This document shows positions 18,049 to 26,728 of a DNA stretch of 64,000 nt, in pieces. This stretch comes from Candidatus Cloacimonadales bacterium (GTDB lineage Bacteria; Cloacimonadota; Cloacimonadia; Cloacimonadales; JAIOQZ01): contig CAXXTU010000002.1 of NCBI GenBank assembly GCA_963662655.2, positions 2,528,001-2,592,000 on the forward strand, given 5' to 3'. The notes under the pieces were generated by a model. It worked only from the letters and a program-made list of their open reading frames with translations, did not search any database and had not been told where the DNA came from. The first letter of the stretch is position 1, and each line of letters starts with the position of its first letter. Both the position numbers and the translations under genes were made by a program.

Positions 18049-20319
18049 ATGAAGACAGATAGGAAGAAGCATCCATCATTGTTCGACGACTTCAAGGATC
18101 ACATGAACAAGGCATTCGGAGCGATCCACAACTGCGATCTCGACACCGGCGAGACCGAGCTGGAAAAAATGCAGGCAATCGTCGAGAAGTCCAGCCATCC
18201 GGATGATCATGGCTTGCTGTGCATTGCGAAATTCAAGCTGGAAGACGGCAAACGTAGATTCGACAAAGCGATCGAGTGGCTCGAGAAAGCCCGTGAGTTT
18301 TTCAATCAATCAGGCAGCATCAATCGGCTGATGATCGTATACTTCGAAGCTGCCAGCGCTTATTTCCGACAAGGAGAATACAAGCTCGCCATCGAGAATT
18401 TCAATCTCGCAATCGATTGCGCGGACAAGACAAATGACATCGAAAACAAGGCGAACATCATGAATAATCTCGGCGAGTGCTACATCTTCATGAATCAGAA
18501 CTTGCTGGCGCTCGACTACACGATGAAAGCCCTGGCGATTCGCGAAGAATTGAAGCAGAAGCAGAAGATTGGTCTTTCACTCACAAACGTGACCCGAATC
18601 TACAACAACCTGGCTGAATACGATAAAAGTCTCGAATACGGACTGAAAGCGCTGGAAATTTTGAAGAACTCTCCGGGACTTGCCGTCTATGCGAACGCCC
18701 TGAATACCGTAGGCATAACATATTATTGTCTGGAAAACTACGATCAAGCACTCGAGTACCTGTACCAGTCTCTTGAGCTCAAAGAGAAACAGAGGAATCC
18801 CATAAGGATTTCCAATACCCTAAACAGCATCGCCAATGTATATATGAAACAAGGACAACTCGAAGAAGCAAAGAAGCTTCATACGGAAGCGCTCAAGATC
18901 AGACAGGCAAACAACGCACTTGAATTGATAAGTCGATCCAAGCTGCGCTTAGCCGATATTGCATATAGAATGGGAGATACGAACCAAGCGGAAAAGCTGT
19001 GCCTTGAAGCGGCCTCCCACCTGAAAGAAAACAACCAGCTTCTCCTGGAATTATACGACCTCCTTGCCTCCATTTACCAAGCCACTGAGGCCTACCCAAA
19101 GGCCTGCCATTATCACAACGAGTACCGGAAACTATTCAAGACGGTGGCCGAACAAACCAACGATCATCGTCTTGCCGAGATGCGGACCAGATTTAAGCTG
19201 GAGCAAAAAGATCGCGAGACGGAACTCCTCATTGAAAAGAACCATGAGCTGGAAGAGAAAAACAAAATGATCCTGAGCCAGAAGGAGCGACTCGACGAAA
19301 CGCTTGACGAACTCAGGAGAAGCGAGCGAAATCTCGATTTCCTCACCGAGGAGATCAAAAGCAGCTTCGAGACGCGCATCATCGGCAGAAGCGAGGCGAT
19401 GCAGAATATCCTGCGCCTGATGTCGAAGGTTGCCCAGGCGGATGACACGTCCGTCTTGATCATGGGAGAAAGCGGTACCGGGAAAGAACTCGTGGCCCGT
19501 GGAATCCACGAGATGAGCCGGCGGAAAAGTAAGTATTTCCATGCGATCAACTCCTCGGCCATCTCGTCGAGCTTGTTCGAGAGCGAATTCTTCGGCTACG
19601 AAAAAGGCGCGTTTACCGGCGCGCTGGATCGAAAGGCTGGCTGGTTCGAAGTTACCGACGGAGGAACCTTGTTCCTCGACGAGATCGGCAACATGCCCCT
19701 GGATCACCAGATTAAACTACTGCGCGTCCTGGAAGAAAGAAACATCATTCGAGTCGGAGCCAGACATGAAATCCCGGTGAACGTCCGCGTGATCTCGGCC
19801 ACAAACCTGAACCTTCTCGATCTCGTCGACAACAAGACATTCCGGGAAGACCTCTATCACCGCCTAGCTGCGTTCGTCATCAATATTCCGCCGCTCCGTG
19901 AGCGAAGCGAGGATATCCAACCGCTCGTCGAACACTTCGTGAACCTCTACACCACGCGAATGAACAAACCCATACGCCGCATCGACCCCGGTATCTACAA
20001 CGCACTTTCATGCTACGCTTTCCCGGGGAATATCCGGGAACTGCGCAACATGGTGGAGCGTGCGCTGATCATCTGCGACAGCTCGACGCTGCAATTCAAA
20101 CACTTCAGCATCCCGGCGAACGGAAAGCAAAAATCCCCGGATATCCCCGACGATATCATCCCGATCGATACGCTGGAAAGAACCATGCTCCTGCGAGCCC
20201 TTCGCAGAACAGGCAACAACCAGACCCAGGCAGCGAAATTGCTCGGGCTTTCCCAGAAAGCCGTCGAACGCCGCATCAACAAATTCGATTTACGCAAGGA
20301 GCTTGAACCCAGTCAATAG
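18049..20319 (+). CDS. TPR-repeat sigma54-dependent enhancer-binding protein (TPR, coiled coil, AAA+, Fis HTH)
   Basis: Tandem TPRs; GESGTGKE, GAFTGA, TLFLDEIG, FREDLYHRL; C-terminal NQTQAAKLLG. Confidence 0.92.
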   Translation: MKTDRKKHPSLFDDFKDHMNKAFGAIHNCDLDTGETELEKMQAIVEKSSHPDDHGLLCIAKFKLEDGKRRFDKAIEWLEKAREFFNQSGSINRLMIVYFEAASAYFRQGEYKLAIENFNLAIDCADKTNDIENKANIMNNLGECYIFMNQNLLALDYTMKALAIREELKQKQKIGLSLTNVTRIYNNLAEYDKSLEYGLKALEILKNSPGLAVYANALNTVGITYYCLENYDQALEYLYQSLELKEKQRNPIRISNTLNSIANVYMKQGQLEEAKKLHTEALKIRQANNALELISRSKLRLADIAYRMGDTNQAEKLCLEAASHLKENNQLLLELYDLLASIYQATEAYPKACHYHNEYRKLFKTVAEQTNDHRLAEMRTRFKLEQKDRETELLIEKNHELEEKNKMILSQKERLDETLDELRRSERNLDFLTEEIKSSFETRIIGRSEAMQNILRLMSKVAQADDTSVLIMGESGTGKELVARGIHEMSRRKSKYFHAINSSAISSSLFESEFFGYEKGAFTGALDRKAGWFEVTDGGTLFLDEIGNMPLDHQIKLLRVLEERNIIRVGARHEIPVNVRVISATNLNLLDLVDNKTFREDLYHRLAAFVINIPPLRERSEDIQPLVEHFVNLYTTRMNKPIRRIDPGIYNALSCYAFPGNIRELRNMVERALIICDSSTLQFKHFSIPANGKQKSPDIPDDIIPIDTLERTMLLRALRRTGNNQTQAAKLLGLSQKAVERRINKFDLRKELEPSQ

Positions 20320-20441
20320 ACGAAAACGTCTCCGCTAGACGATATCGTCTATGATGGCCAAATCACCCGAAAAACGGATCACGCAGCGTTTTTGTTCTTT
20401 TTTTTATCAGATCACACGGGCACACTAGACGATTCCGTCTA
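20317..20441. promoter_or_regulatory. Three palindromic TAGACG-N4-CGTCT(A/C) sites, putative enhancer (UAS)
   Basis: Sites at 20317-20332, 20336-20351 and 20426-20441, upstream of a sigma54 promoter. Confidence 0.7.
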
Positions 20442-20515
20442 TACATTTGAATGAAAAATTTTACAATCAAAGTCAGCAACAGCATAACCTATTGTATTAT
20501 ATAAATTAAGCACTT

Positions 20516-20531
20516 TGGCATCCATTATGCA
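20516..20531 (+). promoter_or_regulatory. Sigma54 (-24/-12) promoter
   Basis: TGGCATCCATTATGCA matches GG-N10-GC, preceded by an AT-rich tract and next to a sigma54 activator gene. Confidence 0.75.
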
Positions 20532-20557
20532 ATCCTGCTATAGAAAAAGGAAGCGTG

Positions 20558-20896
20558 ATGAATATTTTACTCGTCAATCAAGAACATCTTCAAGCTGAAG
20601 ATTTGCAAAGAATTCAGAGGAGCCTTGATACAAGCTTGTTTTTTGCAGTAACTTATAATGACGCGTTGCGGATATTCAAAAGGAATCACATGGATTATGT
20701 AATCCTGGATTACTCACGGGATCGAAAAGAACCATTCGTTCACTTCATGCAGGAGAACCCAACAAAAACGCGAGTCATCCTCACCGGCGACAACCCGGAC
20801 ATGGACACGGGGAATCTTTGCCACCGGTTCGAAGGTCATCCCAATGTCGATGAACTGATCAACGTACTTAAATCGTATCCTGACTTCTCGATATAA
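20558..20896 (+). CDS. Atypical stand-alone receiver-like protein
   Basis: NILLV...DYVILD...VILTG fold pattern. The first acidic pair is degenerate and no KP motif is evident. Confidence 0.6.
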   Translation: MNILLVNQEHLQAEDLQRIQRSLDTSLFFAVTYNDALRIFKRNHMDYVILDYSRDRKEPFVHFMQENPTKTRVILTGDNPDMDTGNLCHRFEGHPNVDELINVLKSYPDFSI

Positions 20897-20931
20897 GAAG
20901 CATTATAATCTATAAAAAAGGAGCAGTTGCT

Positions 20932-23900
20932 ATGAAAATCATGATCGCTTTACTTATGTTGGTATTCACAACTATGCTTGCAGCCCAAGCAGTAACATTG
21001 CCTTACGAGCAAAACTTCGATGCTTCGTCGAACCTGCCGGAAGACTGGACGATCTACATCAGCGACGGAACAAGCGCTTACGTTGCGCCCTATCCGGCAT
21101 ACTATCATTCCGAGCCATACTGTCTTTACTTCTGGAACAGTGATGTACCATTGGACAACAGCCACATCATCGCAGCGGGACCGTATATCAGCTCGTCGGA
21201 TTTCAACAACCGCGCCATATCGTTCTGGGCCCTGGGATATTCGGAATACGATATGCCCAGCGTGCGAGTCGGCTTCCTTGAGACTGACGGCGACCCAACC
21301 TCATTCACAGAGTTCAACTCGTATACGTTGTCGGAACACATGTCATTTTACACGGTCAATCTCGACTGGGTTCGCACCGATTACCAGATCGCCTTCCAGT
21401 TCGTGCCTAACGATGGAACGCAGGGTATGTCGCTCGACGATGTTTACATCGGAGATAGCGGCGGGGACGTCGGAACAGAACTACCTTACTTCCAGAATTT
21501 CGACGACTCGGAAGACTGGCCGGAAGACTGGCAACCTTATGTCTCCGATGAATCGAACGAATATATCAACCTTTATGGCTATTATTCTCATTCCGATCCA
21601 TGGTGCGTCTATTACTGGAAAGCAAACGAACCTCAGTCCGGCGATTACATGTTTGTCGGCGGCCCCATTTTGGATACCGATCAACTTGATGGGAATCTTA
21701 TCTCTTTCTGGGCATCGTGCTATACAAACTCAACCTATCCATCGATCAGTGTCGGGCATTTCGACAGTCCGGGGAACCCTGAGAGCTTCTATGAAATGGA
21801 ATCATTCGAACTGACTGAAGACATGCAGAAATTCGATATAGAATTCTATCCTGTTCGTTCGATCTTCCAGCTAGCATTCCGATTCAATGCAACAGACGCG
21901 GAGCAGGGGCTGGCGCTGGACGATGTCTATATCGGCGAGCCTGGCGGTGATATCCAGGTTGTCGAGCTTCCGTACATGGAAGACTTTGATGAAGCCTATT
22001 ACGACGAATTGCCCGATCCATGGTTCGCCATCGTGAATTCAACGAGCGAATACACCGACGTGAATATCGGAGAATCTTACGGGGTCAATGAATCGAATTG
22101 CATGTACCTGTACAATAGCTCCGATGCTTCCGAGAACCTTGAACTGATTGCGGTTGGACCCGCTGTATCCGATACGCTTCTCAACAACAACACCATAATC
22201 AGCTTTCAGTCAATGGCATATACGGATGATACCCCGGCTCAGCTCTCGGTGGGATGCTTGGCGGATCCATCGAATGCCGAGTCGTTCCAGTGCTTCGACA
22301 CAATCACGCTTACAAGCGACTTCACCGAGTACACGGTCGATATGAATATCGTGATACGTGGAGGAGTCTATGTGGCATTCAAGCATGAGGGAACAGGCAT
22401 TTACCAGGAAGTCTACGTCGATGATGTGATGATCTACGCGGGGGAGTCGGAGCCGGAAACCGGCGATCTTCCCTTCCAGGAATCTTTCAGCATCTTCGGA
22501 TTCCCGCCAGCGGGATGGTCGCGGGAGACCGTTTCTTACGGCAGCGGAAACGGATATAATCCCGAGTGGTCGGCCGTAATCCAGAACACCTATCCGAACT
22601 GCGTTCCCTACGAAGGCGACGCCATGGGCATTTACAACGGTTCTGCCAAGGCTGGCGGACAACAGCGATTGATCACGCCCGGACTGGATGTGAGCTCCTA
22701 TAACGCGCTCCGTCTCGAGTTCTGGGTCTTGCACAGCGCCGACTACAGCATGCCGCCTTTTGACCTGGAGGGAATTCAGATTCAGATGACGACGGATGGC
22801 TCAATCTGGGAGAATACCGGCAGCTTCATCAAGCGGAGCGATCCGATGGCGCCAGCGCCCTACTGGAAAAAGCACGTCATCGATCTCTCGGAACTGGCTG
22901 GGAATTCTTATATGAAGATCGCGATGCTCGCCACTTCGATGTTTAGCGGCTATAGCACTCTCGTGGACGATTTCCGGATTCTCGAATCCACACCGCAGAG
23001 CGATCAAATTTATATCTCCGAAATCTCGGACAACCAAATGGGTCAGGCGGACAACACCGGATTCATCGAGCTTTACAACAACGCTTCGTACGATATAGAC
23101 CTGAGCGGTTTGAAGATTCGCACCGGGTATGCCGACGCTTACGGCCAGAATTTTGCCCCGGACGAGCCGGAAGTATCTTATACAATACCCGACGGTACGG
23201 TTATCAGTGGCGGAGGTATCGTCGTAATCGGCTGCGGAGCCTCCGAGGGCGATTTCATCAACGCGTGGGGAATCGCCTCGGTGGAGAATTACCTGCCGGG
23301 AAGCGCTTCGTTCCCCATCACCAATTACTGCGCTTACGAACTCTATATTCCCGATACGAGAGCGGAAGCGCTCGATGCCTCCCCGGTTATCGGCAACGGA
23401 GAGGACATGGTGCAGACCTCGAACAACAACTGGGCAACCGGATCCCCTTCAACTGCAACCCCCAATTCTCTCGATTCGGGCCAAACGCTGCCGGTTGAAT
23501 TCACTTCGTTTTATGCTTCCATCGTGGACAATCATTCCGTGCTACTCACGTGGCAGACGGCTTCCGAATCAGACATCATGGGATATCAGGTTCTGCGAAA
23601 CACCTCGGACGACGAGGCTGGCGCACTCTACCTGACCCAAAGCATGATCCCGGGGCTCAATAATCCGAACGGAAACGAATATTATTACGAGGATGCCGAG
23701 ATAACCGACGCGGACAAGCTATTCTACTGGATTCTCAGCGTTGAAATGAATGGCGCCTCGAAAATGCATGGGCCGGTTTCGGTAAATATTGGTTCCTCCG
23801 AAGAAGAACCCGATGTACCGGAGGTTGTCCTCGTTTCTCGACTCAACGGTAATTTCCCCAATCCGTTCAATCCCACAACAACCATTTGCTTCGACCTCGC

Positions 23901-24123
23901 AGGCGAAGTCGGCGAGAAAATACCCGTCACGCTCGATATATACAACCTTCGCGGCCAGAAGGTCAAGACACTGATCGACGGACCCTATCCCTGTGGAAAG
24001 GGCACAAAAGTCCTTTGGGATGGGCTTGACGACCGTGGGAAATCCGTTTCCAGCGGCGTTTATTTCTATCGTTTGGCAACTCCGACAAACACGTTCAACG
24101 CCAAGGCGTTATTGCTGAAATAG
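20932..24123 (+). CDS. Secreted protein: four LP(Y/F)xxxF beta-sandwich repeats, lamin-tail domain, FN3-like domain, FlgD-Ig/T9SS-like C-terminal domain
   Basis: Signal peptide; LPYEQNFD, LPYFQNFD, LPYMEDFD, LPFQESF; IYISEI..FIELYN; TLPVEFTSF; NFPNPFNPTTTI...IYNLRGQKVKTL...SSGVYFYRL. Confidence 0.85.
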   Translation: MKIMIALLMLVFTTMLAAQAVTLPYEQNFDASSNLPEDWTIYISDGTSAYVAPYPAYYHSEPYCLYFWNSDVPLDNSHIIAAGPYISSSDFNNRAISFWALGYSEYDMPSVRVGFLETDGDPTSFTEFNSYTLSEHMSFYTVNLDWVRTDYQIAFQFVPNDGTQGMSLDDVYIGDSGGDVGTELPYFQNFDDSEDWPEDWQPYVSDESNEYINLYGYYSHSDPWCVYYWKANEPQSGDYMFVGGPILDTDQLDGNLISFWASCYTNSTYPSISVGHFDSPGNPESFYEMESFELTEDMQKFDIEFYPVRSIFQLAFRFNATDAEQGLALDDVYIGEPGGDIQVVELPYMEDFDEAYYDELPDPWFAIVNSTSEYTDVNIGESYGVNESNCMYLYNSSDASENLELIAVGPAVSDTLLNNNTIISFQSMAYTDDTPAQLSVGCLADPSNAESFQCFDTITLTSDFTEYTVDMNIVIRGGVYVAFKHEGTGIYQEVYVDDVMIYAGESEPETGDLPFQESFSIFGFPPAGWSRETVSYGSGNGYNPEWSAVIQNTYPNCVPYEGDAMGIYNGSAKAGGQQRLITPGLDVSSYNALRLEFWVLHSADYSMPPFDLEGIQIQMTTDGSIWENTGSFIKRSDPMAPAPYWKKHVIDLSELAGNSYMKIAMLATSMFSGYSTLVDDFRILESTPQSDQIYISEISDNQMGQADNTGFIELYNNASYDIDLSGLKIRTGYADAYGQNFAPDEPEVSYTIPDGTVISGGGIVVIGCGASEGDFINAWGIASVENYLPGSASFPITNYCAYELYIPDTRAEALDASPVIGNGEDMVQTSNNNWATGSPSTATPNSLDSGQTLPVEFTSFYASIVDNHSVLLTWQTASESDIMGYQVLRNTSDDEAGALYLTQSMIPGLNNPNGNEYYYEDAEITDADKLFYWILSVEMNGASKMHGPVSVNIGSSEEEPDVPEVVLVSRLNGNFPNPFNPTTTICFDLAGEVGEKIPVTLDIYNLRGQKVKTLIDGPYPCGKGTKVLWDGLDDRGKSVSSGVYFYRLATPTNTFNAKALLLK

Positions 24124-24147
24124 ACGTTCCATTGCATCTGACATGGA

Positions 24148-24177
24148 AGGGGCGACCAATAGCGTTGCCCCTTTTTC
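24148..24177 (+). terminator. Rho-independent terminator
   Basis: AAGGGGCGAC...GTTGCCCCTT followed by a T-run. Confidence 0.7.
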
Positions 24178-24204
24178 GTTGATTCTTGCGCATTTTTTAT
24201 TGTA

Positions 24205-24232
24205 TTGACTCGAAACTCATGTAAATTATACT
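24205..24232 (+). promoter_or_regulatory. Possible sigma70 promoter
   Basis: TTGACT-16 bp-TATACT, upstream of the ATG at 24264. Confidence 0.5.
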
Positions 24233-24263
24233 ATAGCATACTCTAACACAAGGATGATCTAAG

Positions 24264-24509
24264 ATGAAACTTATCGCTTTGCTAAAGGTAGTGAATATCA
24301 TATTAATTTTTTCTTTCATTGTAACAATGGCAACCATCTTATTGTATCGTTTTATTCCTTCGCCGCTACAAGGATCTGAAATCCTTTTTCATCTTCACTC
24401 GATCAGCGGACTCGTCTTTGGCACATCTGCAATCGTTCATATCGTGTTGAACTGGAAATGGTTCAAATCCAGCTATCTTAAACCCAAAATCAAAAAGGAG
24501 AGACCATGA
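24264..24509 (+). CDS. Small membrane protein, DUF4405-like
   Basis: Two TM helices; LHSISG...IVHIVLNWKW. Confidence 0.7.
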   Translation: MKLIALLKVVNIILIFSFIVTMATILLYRFIPSPLQGSEILFHLHSISGLVFGTSAIVHIVLNWKWFKSSYLKPKIKKERP

Positions 24510-24850
24510 GAAACCATGCCATATTACTGATCCTTTCGATTTTCCTTTTCAGCGCCGCGCTCCAGGCACATCCGGCGTCCGAAGTCAAAGCGAACTACGA
24601 CAAAGAAACCATGATACTGACCGTTCAGTACGAACACTCGGTATCGGATTCCTCCAAGCACTTCATCGATGACATCGATATCACCCTCGATAAAAAAGAA
24701 CTCGTAGTGCAGAAACTATCAAGCCAGGATTCTGCCGAAGGCGGCGAAGCGATCTATAAAATCCGCGACCTGAAACCGGGCGACGTTATTCTGATAACCA
24801 CAAGCTGTAATCGATTCGGGAAGAAATCACTGAAATACACCGTTGAATAA
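24506..24850 (+). CDS. Secreted putative metal-binding protein (superoxide-reductase-like His/Cys pattern)
   Basis: Signal peptide ending ALQA|HPA; YEHSV, KHFI and SCNRFG; ATGA overlap with the upstream gene. Confidence 0.6.
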   Translation: MRNHAILLILSIFLFSAALQAHPASEVKANYDKETMILTVQYEHSVSDSSKHFIDDIDITLDKKELVVQKLSSQDSAEGGEAIYKIRDLKPGDVILITTSCNRFGKKSLKYTVE

Positions 24851-24870
24851 CGAAGAGCAGAGTTGCGAAT

Positions 24871-26715
24871 ATGCTGACACGAAAAATCCTCTTCCTGATC
24901 ATTCCAATTTTCTTATTGTTCGCGGTCCTGGATTTTCTCGTAATCGATCTCATGGTCTCCAAAAAACTGGAACGACTCGAGACACAAGAAGCGATCGAAG
25001 ACAACCAGCGTGTTCAAGACGCGATTGAAAGAGAGTTGTACCACCTTCTGTCGCTGTGCGTGGACTGGTCTTCATGGGACGATACATACCAGTTCATGGT
25101 CGACAGAAATGCGCGTTATATCGATGCGAACCTCCTGATCGACACGTTCATGGACAACCATTTCAACATCATGCTCTTTATAAAGCCAGATGGAACTGTA
25201 TTCTGGAGAAGACTCTACAACCCTTCGGAGAAAGTAGAGATATCCATACCTGAATTCGAATTCGACCAATTCCCCGCGAATCACCCCATCATGTCGATCG
25301 ACGACAATGATCGCGGATCGGGGCTGTTTCATACGGACACCGGGCTCATCCTGGTCGTCCACGCCCCCATTCTCACCAGCGGAAGCGAAGGCCCTCTCCG
25401 GGGAACGCTGGTCCTCGGCAGGTATTTCGATCCGGAGTACCAGGAGATCATGGAGGCACAGACTCGGAGAAAGTTCGATGTAATAAAAGGGTCTTTCAAC
25501 GAAATAACAAAGCGTAAGAGAAAAGATTTATGCTTTGTAGGGGACAATTACCTTTTCGACAAATCGGACCACAATGTTTTATCTGTTTATAACCAACTCA
25601 CGACCATCGATGGTGTGAATTATCTCATCGAGTCACTCACGCCGCGAGATATCATTCAGGAAGGTAGAATCACCATCGTGATCTTATGGGTTTCTTTGAT
25701 GGCCGTTGGATTGCTCATCACCGTCGCCATGGTGTTCACTATAGAGTTTCTTGTAATCCAACCAATAAGACAGCTCAAAGAGTATGTTCTCGATGTCGGT
25801 CAGAACGACATACAGGGAACTCCGCTTTATCCGAAGCGACATGACGAGATCGGCTTTCTCGCGCAAGAGTTCGATAAAAACTACAAGCAGCTATTCGAAA
25901 CCCGATCGAGATTGCTGGAAAGCTCCTACAAATCAGGGCTCTCCGAGATGGCATCGAACTTCCTGCACAACCTTCGGAATTCCCTGACACCCTTGATGGG
26001 GGAAATCCAGGGAATCCGCATGGCATGCCGGAAAATCGATTTCAACAAGTATTCTAAAGCCCACAGGGAACTGAAGCTGGACAAAATGGACCCGGAAAGG
26101 CGCGAGCGAATCATGGAATACCTGACCCTGCTCGACAGCCATAACCTCGACTACCATGAAGAAATCCTTCAGCTCTTCAACTCCATGGACAACTATCGCA
26201 AGAATATCGAAGAGCTGATGGACACGCAATCCATCTGGACAAGCGCGAAGCCGGTCGTTGAAACGGTACGGCTTTCGGATATGGCAAAAGACATACACGA
26301 CTTCCTGTCTCCTAAAATCCGCAGCCGGATCAATCTCGCATTCCAGTTCAACCTCGAGGCAAATCAGATTGTTCGATCCTACCGCGTCAGCGTTCTGATG
26401 ATCATTTCTCGATTGCTCGAGTATATTGCCCAGTCTTGCGTAAAGGATGAGAAAATCAACATACAAATGTTAGTCGATCGCGCAGAGGTTAAAAACAAAC
26501 AGGTGCTTCAATTGAAAATCAGCATCCCGCCGGAATTGATCCCCGACGCGGAGTTCGCAAGCGTATTTGCATTTGACAAAAATCAAAACAAGAATCAAAT
26601 GCGAAGCGAGCTGCTTTGGTGCTCCAATACCGCCGCAGCCATCGGAGCGAAGTTATCCATTTCCAGAATGAGTGACAATAACTCCTATTTTCATATTCAA
26701 GTACCTCTAATGTAA
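24871..26715 (+). CDS. CHASE4-HAMP histidine-kinase-like protein with a degenerate ATPase domain
   Basis: CHASE4 motif DWSSWDDTYQF; HAMP motif DEIGFLA; H-box LHNLRNSL. N, G1 and G2 boxes are not recognisable. Confidence 0.8.
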   Translation: MLTRKILFLIIPIFLLFAVLDFLVIDLMVSKKLERLETQEAIEDNQRVQDAIERELYHLLSLCVDWSSWDDTYQFMVDRNARYIDANLLIDTFMDNHFNIMLFIKPDGTVFWRRLYNPSEKVEISIPEFEFDQFPANHPIMSIDDNDRGSGLFHTDTGLILVVHAPILTSGSEGPLRGTLVLGRYFDPEYQEIMEAQTRRKFDVIKGSFNEITKRKRKDLCFVGDNYLFDKSDHNVLSVYNQLTTIDGVNYLIESLTPRDIIQEGRITIVILWVSLMAVGLLITVAMVFTIEFLVIQPIRQLKEYVLDVGQNDIQGTPLYPKRHDEIGFLAQEFDKNYKQLFETRSRLLESSYKSGLSEMASNFLHNLRNSLTPLMGEIQGIRMACRKIDFNKYSKAHRELKLDKMDPERRERIMEYLTLLDSHNLDYHEEILQLFNSMDNYRKNIEELMDTQSIWTSAKPVVETVRLSDMAKDIHDFLSPKIRSRINLAFQFNLEANQIVRSYRVSVLMIISRLLEYIAQSCVKDEKINIQMLVDRAEVKNKQVLQLKISIPPELIPDAEFASVFAFDKNQNKNQMRSELLWCSNTAAAIGAKLSISRMSDNNSYFHIQVPLM

Positions 26716-26728
26716 TGGAAGGCTTTTA

